Virus record (IMG/VR): IMGVR_UViG_3300033388_007160
Location: 22,020 to 86,019 of that record
From: a virus
Direction: 5' to 3' (one strand)
Length of the DNA stretch: 64,000 nucleotides
A program made the translations under genes and the position numbers. Below, one piece after another: positions 1-11,018 of this stretch. The notes under the pieces were generated by a model, which ran no database searches, was not told the origin of the DNA, and saw only the letters and a list, made by a program, of their open reading frames with translations. Position 1 is the stretch's first letter; each line of letters starts with the position of its first letter.

Positions 1-489
1 CTTGATTATCATAGGACGCGACTCCAACTGGCCGAGAAACTGTATAAGCTGGGCATGATTTCTGAGGGCCAACTGGCCGCCATACGGCAGCAAGCAGCAC
101 GGCAAGCCTTGGCGCTGGCCCGCGAGTGGGGTTTGAACACGAAAGAAGGCATGGAAGCCTACATGCGTTATCTGGACATCATCAACAACCAGACAGCCGA
201 CAAGACTGAGGCACTAATTAGGAAGGTTATTGGAGCACCACAAGAGGCTTTAGAACAGATACTCTCACCGGCCACGTTGCAACGTTATTTCGGCCAGCTT
301 GAAGGGACCATCATGCCACTCACTCAAGCCATGTCGGCGGATATAGTCTCATTCAACAAAGGCGAACTGACCATCCGGATACGGCTTGATGGCCTGCCTG
401 AAAACATTGACAACCAGATTAAGCAGGCCATACATGAGGGTATAGATGCTATGGCCCGAACCATTGCAGGAGCACTGAACGGGCGATGA
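1..489 (+). CDS. C-terminal part of probable tail tape-measure protein (5' truncated)
   Basis: Frame open from base 1; helical Ala/Gln/Leu-rich sequence; directly upstream of tail genes. Confidence 0.55.
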   Translation, partial: LDYHRTRLQLAEKLYKLGMISEGQLAAIRQQAARQALALAREWGLNTKEGMEAYMRYLDIINNQTADKTEALIRKVIGAPQEALEQILSPATLQRYFGQLEGTIMPLTQAMSADIVSFNKGELTIRIRLDGLPENIDNQIKQAIHEGIDAMARTIAGALNGR

Positions 490-2687
490 GCAACGGCACA
501 CAATTGCTCACCGTAAAAGTCCGCAAGCCGACGAAGCTGCTCAGTCGGCCTTGGGAGACTAAGCTTGACTTGATTGGCCGGAATACTCGTGACCTCAACA
601 GTCACGGTGTCTATATCCAAAAACACGCGAAGGTTCTGATGTTGCCGCCGATTGTCAGGCCTGAAAACTACCCTTGGGCGAGAGCCGATTACACTCTTCA
701 CCCTTCTTCAGATGACTTCTTTGATGGCCGTAACTGGGGCGGGGCTGAAGGATATTACGTGGGCCACGTGGGCAATGCCAGCGAAGCCTGGGCTGCCTGG
801 CTGAGTCCTTCGCATACCATTGAAGCCGACCGGGGCTTGCAGGTTACGCTAATCTGGTCGCCGCCTGCTGGCGATGAAGTTGTGCCCCGCATTGAAATCT
901 TCCCCCGCATAGACTACAACCGTAGCACGACAATCAACGGCGTGACTTATTACTTTGCTCCACTTGCATTTGCCATCAATTCGCAGATGGTCTTCGAGGT
1001 TTATGAGTATGAATATGACAGCTATGAACAGTTCGAGAACAATCCTGCTCAGATACTTGTGCGGCGTTATCAGCATCCCATTCTGGCCCAGCGGGGCACT
1101 CAGATTATGGGCGTCTTCCGCATCATTCCCATTGAGGCAGACGGCTTCGTCGTGGAGTCGCCCATCCTCAAGGATGGTGGCTTTGTTTACATCAGCCGGA
1201 TACAGCGTGAGAATTTGAAGCTCTTCCCAGCAGGCGGTTGCGGCATAAGGTCTCTGGCCGGAGGATTTGCAGTTTTTAGCTTTGTTCCTTTGGAATTCCC
1301 AAGCGAAGGCTATGTAATTGGCCCCAAGCAAAGCAAACGACAGGAAGACGATAAATGGGTTTCGGTTAGTTTCCATGCTTACACGCCTACCGGCACGGCA
1401 GTGGCCGGGACCATTGTTGACCCCGAAACTGGCGATGTTATCACCACAGGCGAAACATTTCAGGAATACGCCTACAAGGTTACACTTTACTCAACCGACG
1501 GCATCCATACTCCGGTGGTTAATTATGTTAAGTGCGATGTGGAAGGCGAGACTGAGACCAGCTCAGAAGAAGAGATAGACATCTCCAATGAGGTCCGGAT
1601 TCAAGAGCAGGTTTCGGGCAACCTGATGGGCCATCGGGCTACGATTAGCCTGCACAATCCCAACGGTGAATATACGGAACTGGCCCTAAGGCCCATGAAT
1701 GAGATTGACGTGGACATCAAAGGCCAAGACCGGGCCATCTTCTATACCCTCAATCCCAAGATAGAACTCTGGAAGGTGCCGGAGAAGGAAGCACCCTGGA
1801 TTGAATGGGAATGCGGCGACATGTGGGTGCGCCTTGAGCATTATGTGCTGACAGATGAGGATGTTTATGACGGCCTCGACCTCAAGACTGCCGTGTCAAA
1901 CTTCCTGCAACGGCTTGGCATACCGTCGGATAAGATAGATATTGACGATGAAGCCTCGTCTATCATGCTGCCGAAGTCGCGCAGCTCACAAGACCCCCTC
2001 TTCCGGCCACGCCTTGGGGCAACGGCTGCTGAATTCCTGAGGGACTTGCATCACAAGTTCTGTTCCGACTGGATTATGCGTTTCCGAGGCGATGGCACGT
2101 TTGAATTGAAGCCTGCTGACTCCAGCACCATTGCCCGAACCTACTACCTAAGTCATGAAACCGCTGAGCAGCTATATCAGCAGGCCTTAGAAGATTATCA
2201 AGCGGGGCTGGGCGAAGAGCCTGACCCCGAAGATTATAGCTACTTTGTCTCCAATCTCACTGTAGAACTTTTGCACGACAAGTTTTACAACGAGATTTGG
2301 GTGATTGGCGAAGATTCAGCCACAGGCCGTCCTCTTGTCGCATTTTGGATGGACTACCGCAGTCAAACTGACCGCGATTATCTGTATTTCGTCGGCGAAA
2401 GACGAGTTGCTATCTTCATCACGCGCATTAACAATCAAGACATGCTCAATTTTGTATGCCAGCAAGCAGTCAACCGCTACGGCAAGGTAAGGCGACGGAT
2501 TTCGTTTAGGACGAAGTTTGACCCGGCCCTCTGGCCGGGAGACTTTATCCAGATTTACGGCTACGCCAATATATTCCGCGTAGAGAACATTGACACGAGA
2601 ATTGAACCCGGCACCGTGACGATGCGGGGAGGCGAACCGACCGATATAGTTGAGTGCCAGATTACAGCCATCGAATGGCCTACATAG
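486..2687 (+). CDS. Tail/baseplate hub-like structural protein
   Basis: 733 aa, acidic and beta-rich; ATGA overlap with previous gene; C-terminal DPALWPGDFI...FRVENI resembles tail hub ends. Confidence 0.55.
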   Translation: MSNGTQLLTVKVRKPTKLLSRPWETKLDLIGRNTRDLNSHGVYIQKHAKVLMLPPIVRPENYPWARADYTLHPSSDDFFDGRNWGGAEGYYVGHVGNASEAWAAWLSPSHTIEADRGLQVTLIWSPPAGDEVVPRIEIFPRIDYNRSTTINGVTYYFAPLAFAINSQMVFEVYEYEYDSYEQFENNPAQILVRRYQHPILAQRGTQIMGVFRIIPIEADGFVVESPILKDGGFVYISRIQRENLKLFPAGGCGIRSLAGGFAVFSFVPLEFPSEGYVIGPKQSKRQEDDKWVSVSFHAYTPTGTAVAGTIVDPETGDVITTGETFQEYAYKVTLYSTDGIHTPVVNYVKCDVEGETETSSEEEIDISNEVRIQEQVSGNLMGHRATISLHNPNGEYTELALRPMNEIDVDIKGQDRAIFYTLNPKIELWKVPEKEAPWIEWECGDMWVRLEHYVLTDEDVYDGLDLKTAVSNFLQRLGIPSDKIDIDDEASSIMLPKSRSSQDPLFRPRLGATAAEFLRDLHHKFCSDWIMRFRGDGTFELKPADSSTIARTYYLSHETAEQLYQQALEDYQAGLGEEPDPEDYSYFVSNLTVELLHDKFYNEIWVIGEDSATGRPLVAFWMDYRSQTDRDYLYFVGERRVAIFITRINNQDMLNFVCQQAVNRYGKVRRRISFRTKFDPALWPGDFIQIYGYANIFRVENIDTRIEPGTVTMRGGEPTDIVECQITAIEWPT

Positions 2688-2703
2688 GGGGCTTGACAGG
2701 CAT

Positions 2704-4110
2704 ATGCTGAGCGGTGATGCTTTACACAGGCTGCGAGAGGCAATCGAAAGAAAAATAGCACGCCAGGCTACTGGCGTGGAAGTTGTCCTTGACTACGGGG
2801 CCTCGCTTGAGAACCTGATAAAGACGTTGCAGCAGGCCGGAGAAACGATTGAAGGTGAAACTGTCTCACGCGGGGCCACGTGGTCTTATCTATTGCCCAG
2901 CAGCCAGTTTGGTTATGATGAGAGAACAATCGGATTGTGGCATTTCGAAGAAGGCAGCGGGGGCCAGGCCGCTGATGCGTCGCCTAACGGCAACACTCTC
3001 ACCTTGGTTGATACGACTTGGACAAGCGGCAAGTGGGGCAGTGGCCTGTCTTTTAACGGGTCTTCTAGCTATTGCTATGGCAGCCTCACTTACACTGAAC
3101 GCCTTGGGCACTACCTCTACGTCGCTGGATGGTTCAACCCATCGGGGAATGGGCCGCTGATTTACTGGCCTTCTGTTATCCTGCTTGCCATTGATAGCGG
3201 CAGACTGGTAGTTACCATTGATTCGGTTGACTATGTCGGGCCATCCGTCCAGACAGGCGAGTGGCAGCTCCTGCATTGTCAATTCTTTGACGGACGGGTT
3301 TATCTGGGCGTCAATGATGTTATCACCTGGCACGATCACAGCAGCGAGGAGCTTAGTCCCCTGTATTCAACTTTCTATGTGGGCCGAGATGATACGAGCT
3401 ATTACAACGGTCTCGCCGATGAGATACTTGTAGCTGCCGATGTGTTTGTGCAAGAAGACTTTCAGTATCCACGTGACTGGGCTTATACATCATCTATTGG
3501 CCACTGGCGCTTCAATGAAGGCGCAGGCAATATGGCCTTCAACCTGCTGATGTCTTACAGACCTCTGACGCTCGTCAATCATACTTGGACTGATGGCTGG
3601 CTGGGGTCGGCTGTGGCATTCAATGCGGATGGTTATGCATATTATGCACAAGATGCAACAAATCTCAGCCGTTTTGGGCTTGAAATGTGCGTCCAGTTTG
3701 ACGATGTGTCTGCTTCACAGGTTCTTGCTTATCAGGAGGGGGCTTTGCGGGTAACCTGGTCGCCGGGCCAGCTTGAGGTTTACATCGCAAGCCTTACACC
3801 AGCAACTTTCACCTTTGAACTGCCGACTATCAGTAGCAGCAACTGGTATATCATTTCGGTGCAATATGACAATAATGCAGTGACGGCCTGGCTGAATGGG
3901 CTTAAGGTAGGCGAAGCTTCGGCCAGTGGCACGGTTGATTTGGCTTCGGCCAATTTCTTGCTGGGCGGCGACGGCACAAACGGTTTGATAGGCAAGCTTG
4001 ACTACGCTATGATAAATCGTGGGCCGGTCAGGCCCTTCTATCGTGTGCTTCCACGCTGGCTTATCGGCCAGCATGGGTTTGAAAGGGCCGATGACTGGAT
4101 ATTACTTTAG
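2704..4110 (+). CDS. Virion protein with two LamG/concanavalin-A-like domains
   Basis: Two repeats GLWHFEEGSG / GHWRFNEGAG with GKWGSGLSFNG / GWLGSAVAFN and YNGLADE / GKLD. Confidence 0.8.
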   Translation: MLSGDALHRLREAIERKIARQATGVEVVLDYGASLENLIKTLQQAGETIEGETVSRGATWSYLLPSSQFGYDERTIGLWHFEEGSGGQAADASPNGNTLTLVDTTWTSGKWGSGLSFNGSSSYCYGSLTYTERLGHYLYVAGWFNPSGNGPLIYWPSVILLAIDSGRLVVTIDSVDYVGPSVQTGEWQLLHCQFFDGRVYLGVNDVITWHDHSSEELSPLYSTFYVGRDDTSYYNGLADEILVAADVFVQEDFQYPRDWAYTSSIGHWRFNEGAGNMAFNLLMSYRPLTLVNHTWTDGWLGSAVAFNADGYAYYAQDATNLSRFGLEMCVQFDDVSASQVLAYQEGALRVTWSPGQLEVYIASLTPATFTFELPTISSSNWYIISVQYDNNAVTAWLNGLKVGEASASGTVDLASANFLLGGDGTNGLIGKLDYAMINRGPVRPFYRVLPRWLIGQHGFERADDWILL

Positions 4111-4116
4111 TGGAGG

Positions 4117-4662
4117 ATGATAACCATGGTGCTGATGGCCTATGCAGTTGACCCTGTAACCCTGAGGAATTACGTGCGGCTTACCAACCGGCGCAAGATG
4201 CCCGAAGAGGAACTGCCTGAAGTTGAGTTGCCCGACAACGTTAAGATTGGCCCCACGGATAACTTGGGTAACATCCGGCAGAAGGCCATGCGGGCCTTGA
4301 TAACCTTCCTCTCGTCTGAACCCAAACCGATAGAAGAAGGCAGGTATGTCTGGATTGAAACAGCTCTACTGCCTATCATCGCCATTGACCCTACTAACTA
4401 CCAGATGGCTCTGCGGCATTTTGCTGACCAAGTGCAAAAGCTAAATATCTCAGCAGTGCGGGGTTACTGGTTCAAACCCAGCGAGTGGCAAGGGACTCGT
4501 CATTGGATACCGCCTTACTGGTTTACAGATTGGTCGGCCACGCTGATTCATGGATGCTTCGAGGAAGGGTATCACGAGTGGGAAGTACGGTCTCTTAAAG
4601 GCCAAAAGCGAAAAGAAACGAATTCAACCGAGGAGTGTAGCAAATATCACAAATGCACATGA
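4117..4662 (+). CDS. Hypothetical protein in tail module
   Basis: 181-aa ORF with GGAGG RBS, in operon. Confidence 0.6.
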   Translation: MITMVLMAYAVDPVTLRNYVRLTNRRKMPEEELPEVELPDNVKIGPTDNLGNIRQKAMRALITFLSSEPKPIEEGRYVWIETALLPIIAIDPTNYQMALRHFADQVQKLNISAVRGYWFKPSEWQGTRHWIPPYWFTDWSATLIHGCFEEGYHEWEVRSLKGQKRKETNSTEECSKYHKCT

Positions 4663-5948
4663 AAACACCGATTAAAAAGCTGCTTGTGGCCCTTCGTTAC
4701 TTACAGACCATATTCTCGCGCCGCGATGTGCTTTTCTCCATAGCCATGCTTGCCGCGCTGTATGGCGCCTGGCCCGCTCTCGAGGAAGCATTCACACAGC
4801 CGGACTTTTCCCGGAACTGGCAGCAGGATTGCGACCTGGTCCTCATTCACAAAGGCCTGGTGGAACATCCGCGTTTCAGGGATACGCTGCAGTGGTGGAC
4901 AGGGACATGGGTGGGGCAGGTGCCGTTCTGGAGGCCACTTACATCACTGCTGTTCTGGCTGGAATGGAAGTTGTTTGGGTGGGAGTTTCAAGATGCATGG
5001 ATGCTGGTGCACGGATTGCTGCATCTAGCTACTTGTGCAGCGCTGTTTGTTTTCGCCGACACATTTACGGGGAGTGCAACTATAGCCGCACTATCGGTAG
5101 CCTTCTTCTCGTTGCCGGGTCCGCTGCTTCCGTACGGCTTGCGGCTCTGGCATTCACGGGCATTCTGGGCGCTGTGGAGCTGGAAGGACCAGCCAGATTT
5201 GTTGCTGGGCTTGCTGACCATCGGCTCGTGTGCGCTCGCCCTCAGACGCCGAACGGTTTCCGCGCTGGCGCTGGCTACTAGTGCCGCAATGACCAAGGAA
5301 ACGGGCTTCGTCACGCTGCCGCTCGCGGGGGCCTTCCTTCAGCTTGCAGGGCGTGCCATCGGCCCTGCTCTCGGCGCGTTTGCCACTGTGATTTTGCTGG
5401 CGATAGCAAAGCTGAAGGCTACTGGCTTGGGATTCATCCTCGGAGCAAACATCCACTGGCCGGCTCGCTTGCTGTTGACAATCGGTGGTCTACCCTTGGC
5501 CAAGTTGGTGGGAGCGACATCTGGATATTGCGTGCTTGGGCTGACTGCGGCTGTAGCGCTTGTCTGGGCACGACCTTTGCGCTGGCTCGCTGCTTTCTGC
5601 GGAACAGCAATTGCCTGCGCCGTTCAGGCAGTCACACTTGCCAACACAGACGAGTCGCCGCCGTGGATTGTGGCCATCGTTGGTTTGTTCGACTGGAATC
5701 TTATATGCACCACTCTACCGGTAGCCGTATGGGTCGTCGTGGCCGCCTTCGGGGCTAGCAAGCAGGCTTTGTTGTCGGCTTTGGCCTATGCGGCGCTTGC
5801 GGCCCCTCCGGCGCTGGCACCCCAAGCTCTATCCCATGCTTATTACACAGCGTGGTGTTTTAGTGCAATAGCTATCGCGACTGCTTGGTGGTGTACATGT
5901 CAAAGGTTAAGACTAACGTCTGGCTGCCGCAGCAGACTTACAACGTGA
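4653..5948 (+). CDS. Polytopic membrane protein, GT-C-like glycosyltransferase
   Basis: Many hydrophobic segments; FWRPLTSLLFWLEWKLFG...HGLLH and AMTKE motifs typical of TMTC/GtrII-like GT-C proteins. Confidence 0.6.
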   Translation: MHMKTPIKKLLVALRYLQTIFSRRDVLFSIAMLAALYGAWPALEEAFTQPDFSRNWQQDCDLVLIHKGLVEHPRFRDTLQWWTGTWVGQVPFWRPLTSLLFWLEWKLFGWEFQDAWMLVHGLLHLATCAALFVFADTFTGSATIAALSVAFFSLPGPLLPYGLRLWHSRAFWALWSWKDQPDLLLGLLTIGSCALALRRRTVSALALATSAAMTKETGFVTLPLAGAFLQLAGRAIGPALGAFATVILLAIAKLKATGLGFILGANIHWPARLLLTIGGLPLAKLVGATSGYCVLGLTAAVALVWARPLRWLAAFCGTAIACAVQAVTLANTDESPPWIVAIVGLFDWNLICTTLPVAVWVVVAAFGASKQALLSALAYAALAAPPALAPQALSHAYYTAWCFSAIAIATAWWCTCQRLRLTSGCRSRLTT

Positions 5949-8900
5949 CGCTGCGGCTTCTCAATCAAAACCTCACGATCAATACGCTTTCTTCGCCCAC
6001 TAAGCGCATCTATATTAATGCGCTCGGCAGTGCCGAGATTGCATTTGACGAAGACCTGCGCACTGTGTTGGGGCCCGCGCCCGACGATCCGCCGAGCGAC
6101 CCTCCCGTACCAGGCTACGTGTGGGTCGGCGTTTACTGGGTATTTAAGCTCACGATCACCGCCCCTGGAGAAACACCTTCAGCCCCTAATACGGCAACGG
6201 TAGACTTGTTCATCTGGACAGGAACAGGCACGTGGGTCATGGCACCGCAAGAACTGCCGGACGGATGGGTGAGTCAGACGGGTAGCATGGACATCAACGT
6301 GCGCATTGAGGTCACTGGCGTGTACATGAAGGCCGAAACTAACGAGGAAGCCATCTATAGCAACGGAGGCATAATGGCTTTTGTGGAAAGAAGTTATACC
6401 GAGAGCTGGTTCGCGGATGAGAATGCAAGCGTCACCGTCACTGCGGTCGGCCCTAGCGGTGAGCAACTTTCCGTCTCAGGTCCACTAGCTGACGCCGGAC
6501 AGGAAGTTGAATTTGCTGCTGGCTGGAAACTCAACTTCGGGTGGACTATCCACCGTTACGACTATGAAGATGTTGTGTACGCGGCTGTTAGCGACATCGC
6601 CATATGCGAGATACCATTGGACCTCGGCAGGTTAGACCTTTACCGTCCAGGTAGCAACGTGCCTGACAGCACGCAACCCGAGTGGGGCCGCACGAAGACC
6701 CAAGACGACTGCTGTCGCGTCGGCCAAGCCGAAGGAGGAGCAGCTACTTGGCGTGAAGGGGAAGGCTGCGGCGGCGATATATCGTGGCGCGGCGCCGTCG
6801 GCATGCCCGTTCATGTCCACTTCAAACCGCGCACACATAAGCACGCTGATGACGTTGACTACCCCGACATCCTGGTCACGGGCACGCCCATTAATTGGCA
6901 ATATGATGAAGAGTCAGGCACCTACGTATCCGTTCCTGTCCAGTGGACAGGTGAACTCGAAGTCGTCCAGCAGGAGAAGAGCTGGGAATTTGACTGGGAG
7001 TGGAGAACGCTTTCGTCGTTGAAGCAATTCGTCAATGTGGTGCGCGATTGGCAAAAAGACCACGGAGAAGATGTTGGCAGCGACGATGATCCCAATCTTA
7101 ATGCGCAGGCCTGCCCGTTGCTTACCCATCCCCGTTCGGTAAGCAATCTGGAAGGCGACCCCACTGAAGAGTGGGGCACAGGTGTGACCGTATCTCATGA
7201 AGGTGAGAAAGCTGTATTCAAGCCGCCTGATGTATCTCGTCCGGGCAACTGGACGGGTTCCGGTGGGCTTACGCCCGATGCCAGTGTGGGAGATAATAAC
7301 GACATCTGGCATGTTGCTGCTGGTTCTACGGCCCCCACGGCCACTATGGTTATCCGCGAACGAAAGACTTCCCGCTTGGCTCGTGTTGTGGCACAAGACC
7401 CTGACCTGCCAAGTGAAATGAAACATCGCAACTTAATCATCTTGAATCGGGCAAATGTTGATACTTGGACGGAAGGCGGCAGCGATTATCTTGATCCTGA
7501 GGATGAGCGGTATCCCGAACATATCTGGCACTGGATGAATTACAGTTACGCCAAACTACGGATTAAGGCCCCAATGAGTGGCACAATTCGCATGACGGTT
7601 GACTATAAGTATCCAATGATTTTTGACCCCGGCTATCCGACACTGGAACCCGGTGAACTGACCGTAGACTGGATTGAAAAGACGGTCGTATATGAAGGGC
7701 ACGTCGAGAAAACTCCGGAAGGGGCTGACTACTCTGAAGTTGTCTTTGACTTGGCCTGCCCCAAGGAAGGCGAAATTGCCCCTCGGCTCTACCTCGTAAC
7801 ACGAGTTACCTTGCAATTGCCGCCACACACAGAAGACCTCACTTGGGAAATTGACGATCTCTATCTGCTGCCTTCGTATGTAGACGGCTCTTGGGGCGTA
7901 TCAATGCCGCCATGGTTTCAACTTCGGGTTTATGACCCGTGGGACTTCCTGTCGGATTATACGATGTTTGCGGGCTTGGTCGGCGGAGTGAAATGCTTGG
8001 ATATTCCTTATGGTTGGGAAGAACTTGAGCGGTATGAAAGGAGCTTGAAAGGCCGCCGTAAATGGCGTTCGCGGAATGAAGAAGTTTACTTCATGGACCA
8101 TTCTCGGCCACTCAGCGAATTGGCAAGCGACTTGTCATGGCAGGAAGGTTGGCAGGCGACGTATCATGAGCCGGAAGAAAGCACTGTCAACAAAGATGAA
8201 GATGGCAATAAACTGTTCCCCCAGTTCTACTGGTGGGACTTGCTACGTTCGCATGAATATACGGCCAACCCAGGTGATACTATCGAGCTGAAGCTATGTC
8301 CCATTGTGCGTTATTGGGAAGTGGTGGCAGGCATCAAACATGTAATCTACTACGAGAAATTCTTCCAAGGTCGTATTCACGGCATTGTAGTTAAGACTGA
8401 CCGGTCGGGACGCATCCGGAAAGACCTTGAAGTGGAAGGCTACCGGCGGCCTTCTGAGGGAGGCGAATGGGCGAAAGTTGATGAAACACCTGTAGATGGT
8501 CATGGGCGCTATCGTTTGGGGCCCTACCTTGAGAAAGGATATGACTATAAAGTCAGCGTCAACAGCAATTACATCACTGGCGTCGCCAACGCCAGATATT
8601 CGTGGATATCGGGAACTGGCATCGTCGGACCTGTGGGCGGTGCCATCTCGGCCACTGGCCCCCTCACCGAAATGGTGCATATCGCCTATACGGATAACGA
8701 CAACTATGCCGTGAAGCATCTGTTCACTTCACCAGGCGACCAGTGGTTTATTGGCCACATTCCTCAAGTGCCCTACGAACAGCCGAATACCGTGGTAGAC
8801 GCCCCGGCCCAAGGCCTAGCACTGTATCATGACATGTCCCGAAGGCTTCACTTGTTCACCGTAGAAGATGGCACTATAATCCATTATGAATCACAGGACT

Positions 8901-9217
8901 GGGGCAAAACTTGGGTATCGCAGACCATGGTGACTACAATCAAAGGCCAAGCGGTTGCTGCAACTCTGTTAGCAGGCATCACTACATTCTTGTTTGTCGT
9001 AGACGAAGACAACAAATTGGTATGTTATCGCAGTTGTGACCATTTCAAGACACATTGTGAGGGGCCATGGACGGTAACAACGGGCGTAGATGCTGTTCAA
9101 CCAGCCTGCTACAATGCTCTTGTTAGGTTGTATGTCTATTGCTTTAAGGACGGCACACTCTACTGCTATCGGAGTGATGACGCTGGCAAGACTTGGGTTG
9201 AGGTGGGCAGCGCATGA
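5897..9217 (+). CDS. Large virion/tail protein with C-terminal Asp-box (BNR) repeats
   Basis: ~1106 aa; SQDWGKTW, SCDHFKTH and SDDAGKTW Asp-boxes. Confidence 0.65.
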   Translation: MSKVKTNVWLPQQTYNVTLRLLNQNLTINTLSSPTKRIYINALGSAEIAFDEDLRTVLGPAPDDPPSDPPVPGYVWVGVYWVFKLTITAPGETPSAPNTATVDLFIWTGTGTWVMAPQELPDGWVSQTGSMDINVRIEVTGVYMKAETNEEAIYSNGGIMAFVERSYTESWFADENASVTVTAVGPSGEQLSVSGPLADAGQEVEFAAGWKLNFGWTIHRYDYEDVVYAAVSDIAICEIPLDLGRLDLYRPGSNVPDSTQPEWGRTKTQDDCCRVGQAEGGAATWREGEGCGGDISWRGAVGMPVHVHFKPRTHKHADDVDYPDILVTGTPINWQYDEESGTYVSVPVQWTGELEVVQQEKSWEFDWEWRTLSSLKQFVNVVRDWQKDHGEDVGSDDDPNLNAQACPLLTHPRSVSNLEGDPTEEWGTGVTVSHEGEKAVFKPPDVSRPGNWTGSGGLTPDASVGDNNDIWHVAAGSTAPTATMVIRERKTSRLARVVAQDPDLPSEMKHRNLIILNRANVDTWTEGGSDYLDPEDERYPEHIWHWMNYSYAKLRIKAPMSGTIRMTVDYKYPMIFDPGYPTLEPGELTVDWIEKTVVYEGHVEKTPEGADYSEVVFDLACPKEGEIAPRLYLVTRVTLQLPPHTEDLTWEIDDLYLLPSYVDGSWGVSMPPWFQLRVYDPWDFLSDYTMFAGLVGGVKCLDIPYGWEELERYERSLKGRRKWRSRNEEVYFMDHSRPLSELASDLSWQEGWQATYHEPEESTVNKDEDGNKLFPQFYWWDLLRSHEYTANPGDTIELKLCPIVRYWEVVAGIKHVIYYEKFFQGRIHGIVVKTDRSGRIRKDLEVEGYRRPSEGGEWAKVDETPVDGHGRYRLGPYLEKGYDYKVSVNSNYITGVANARYSWISGTGIVGPVGGAISATGPLTEMVHIAYTDNDNYAVKHLFTSPGDQWFIGHIPQVPYEQPNTVVDAPAQGLALYHDMSRRLHLFTVEDGTIIHYESQDWGKTWVSQTMVTTIKGQAVAATLLAGITTFLFVVDEDNKLVCYRSCDHFKTHCEGPWTVTTGVDAVQPACYNALVRLYVYCFKDGTLYCYRSDDAGKTWVEVGSA

Positions 9218-9981
9218 GCCTCACATATCATCAGCAGGTTGATAGGCCTTACACCTTCGGCGAGACAAGCAAACAGGTCACCAAATCTCGCCTCAATCAC
9301 AATTTTGACATCTTGGCAAACAACGACCAGAACATTGAAGACCGCTTTGAGAATACGTTTGATAGCCTATTTGGTGGCGGCGTCATCACAGGCATGGAGG
9401 CCACCATAGGGACGGGCCTGAGCATACAGGTCTCCGAGGGTAAGGCACTGATTGGCTGTGAGATTAGCTGGCCCGGCGGCACTGTAGCAGTTCTCGCTAA
9501 TGCCAATCCTGGCTATATCTTCTTTTGCCATGATGGCACCTGGCACGTAGATACCGATAATACGCCTCCCGACGATAAAAGCAGCTTCCTCTATGCGACA
9601 TACGTAAGCGACGCTTCTTCTGTCACAAGTGTAACAGTTGTGGGCAAGCTGGTGCTGCCCAAGCTTATTGAGGTCAGTGATACGCATGAGGATTTGGTTG
9701 TGGCCGGGGATTATCTTGACGTGCATATTGACCACAGTTCCCAAGCCAGCTTCGTAATACCGGGCTTCATCCAGCTCAAAGTTGAGCCTTCGGATGCCTT
9801 CTACGTGGAGCACCTTTACAAGGGCGGCATCACCGACGACAGCGACACAGAAGAAGACGTGCCATATGAGGATACTCCGACGGGATTTTGGGTAAGAATA
9901 TACAGAAGGGAAGGTTACTATTATGAGGACAACCCGACGGTTACCTTGACATGGAAGAGATGGGGCTTCGCTTATGGCTAA
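9214..9981 (+). CDS. Tail fibre/virion structural protein
   Basis: GGGVITGM...GLSIQVSEGKALI resembles tail-fibre N-termini; ATGA overlap. Confidence 0.5.
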   Translation: MSLTYHQQVDRPYTFGETSKQVTKSRLNHNFDILANNDQNIEDRFENTFDSLFGGGVITGMEATIGTGLSIQVSEGKALIGCEISWPGGTVAVLANANPGYIFFCHDGTWHVDTDNTPPDDKSSFLYATYVSDASSVTSVTVVGKLVLPKLIEVSDTHEDLVVAGDYLDVHIDHSSQASFVIPGFIQLKVEPSDAFYVEHLYKGGITDDSDTEEDVPYEDTPTGFWVRIYRREGYYYEDNPTVTLTWKRWGFAYG

Positions 9982-9995
9982 AGGGCGTGGTGTGA

Positions 9996-11018
9996 TTGCT
10001 CTTTCCGTTTTCAAGGGGCCCAAAAGGCAGCCATCTTGATGTAAAGACGCGCACCGAACACATTGTTGAGGTTACGAATACCGGTCAGGAACCTCAGCAG
10101 ATAGGCTCCATCACCATTGCCCCCGGCGAGACCGTGCAGCTTCCCTATGAGATAGCGAAGGCCCTCATCGGCAAGCCGAATTTCCGTGTTAGCTGGAATG
10201 TAGGCAGTGATGTGCGTGTGTTGCATGTTATCCGCTATCCGGGCCTCGGCGACCGGATTTTTGCTATGGCTGCCTGTTATGCCTTCCATCGGAACTTCCC
10301 CGAAGCCAAAATCTATTTTGAGACTTTCCCCAATGATAGAGTCTGGATTAACTGGGTGCCTTTCGTGGAATTCGGCAACCCGCCGGTGCCGCCAAGCAAA
10401 GCAGTCAATCTGGACAATGCCCCTACCGGCGGCGAAGATAGGTGCCGCCTTTACGGACGGCTGCTTGGCGTGGATGTATATGACATCCGCTTTCCTATCA
10501 GTGTGCCTAAGATCAGCATTGTGCCAGATAAACCTTATATCCTGTTTGCACCCTGCAATTCGGGGCGGGCCATGACGAGGTCACTGGCCCCTAAAGTCGT
10601 TCAGCATGTCCTGCAGTGTGATTTTGGCTACGACTTGGTACTTGTAGACCGGCAGCCTATTTATATGGACGGGCCAAGAGCTATCAATCTCACCGGCAAG
10701 ACAAGCCTGGCAGAACTGTGGTCACTTGCCCGATATGCAGAAGCTGTAATCTCGGTTGATACGGGTGTGGCCTGGATGGGAGCCTGCTTGGGCAAACCGA
10801 CACTGGTCTTCTTCAGCTACATAAATCCTGCTGAACGTGTGCAAACATGCCATACGGTTTGGGCGGTTGAACCTTCGGCTCCTTGTTGTCCCTGCGGCGA
10901 TAGGTTGCCGCCTATGCCCTGTGGAGTCAAAGCAGGCGATATTCCCATATGCATGAGGACATATACTCCTTGGGTGGTTGAAGCCAAGATACGAGAGTTT
11001 TTGTATGCGGCGCTATGA
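9996..11018 (+). CDS. GT9 family glycosyltransferase (heptosyltransferase-like)
   Basis: GLGD motif; INLTGKTSLAEL...VISVDTGVAWMGACLGKPTLVFF. Confidence 0.85.
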   Translation: MLFPFSRGPKGSHLDVKTRTEHIVEVTNTGQEPQQIGSITIAPGETVQLPYEIAKALIGKPNFRVSWNVGSDVRVLHVIRYPGLGDRIFAMAACYAFHRNFPEAKIYFETFPNDRVWINWVPFVEFGNPPVPPSKAVNLDNAPTGGEDRCRLYGRLLGVDVYDIRFPISVPKISIVPDKPYILFAPCNSGRAMTRSLAPKVVQHVLQCDFGYDLVLVDRQPIYMDGPRAINLTGKTSLAELWSLARYAEAVISVDTGVAWMGACLGKPTLVFFSYINPAERVQTCHTVWAVEPSAPCCPCGDRLPPMPCGVKAGDIPICMRTYTPWVVEAKIREFLYAAL

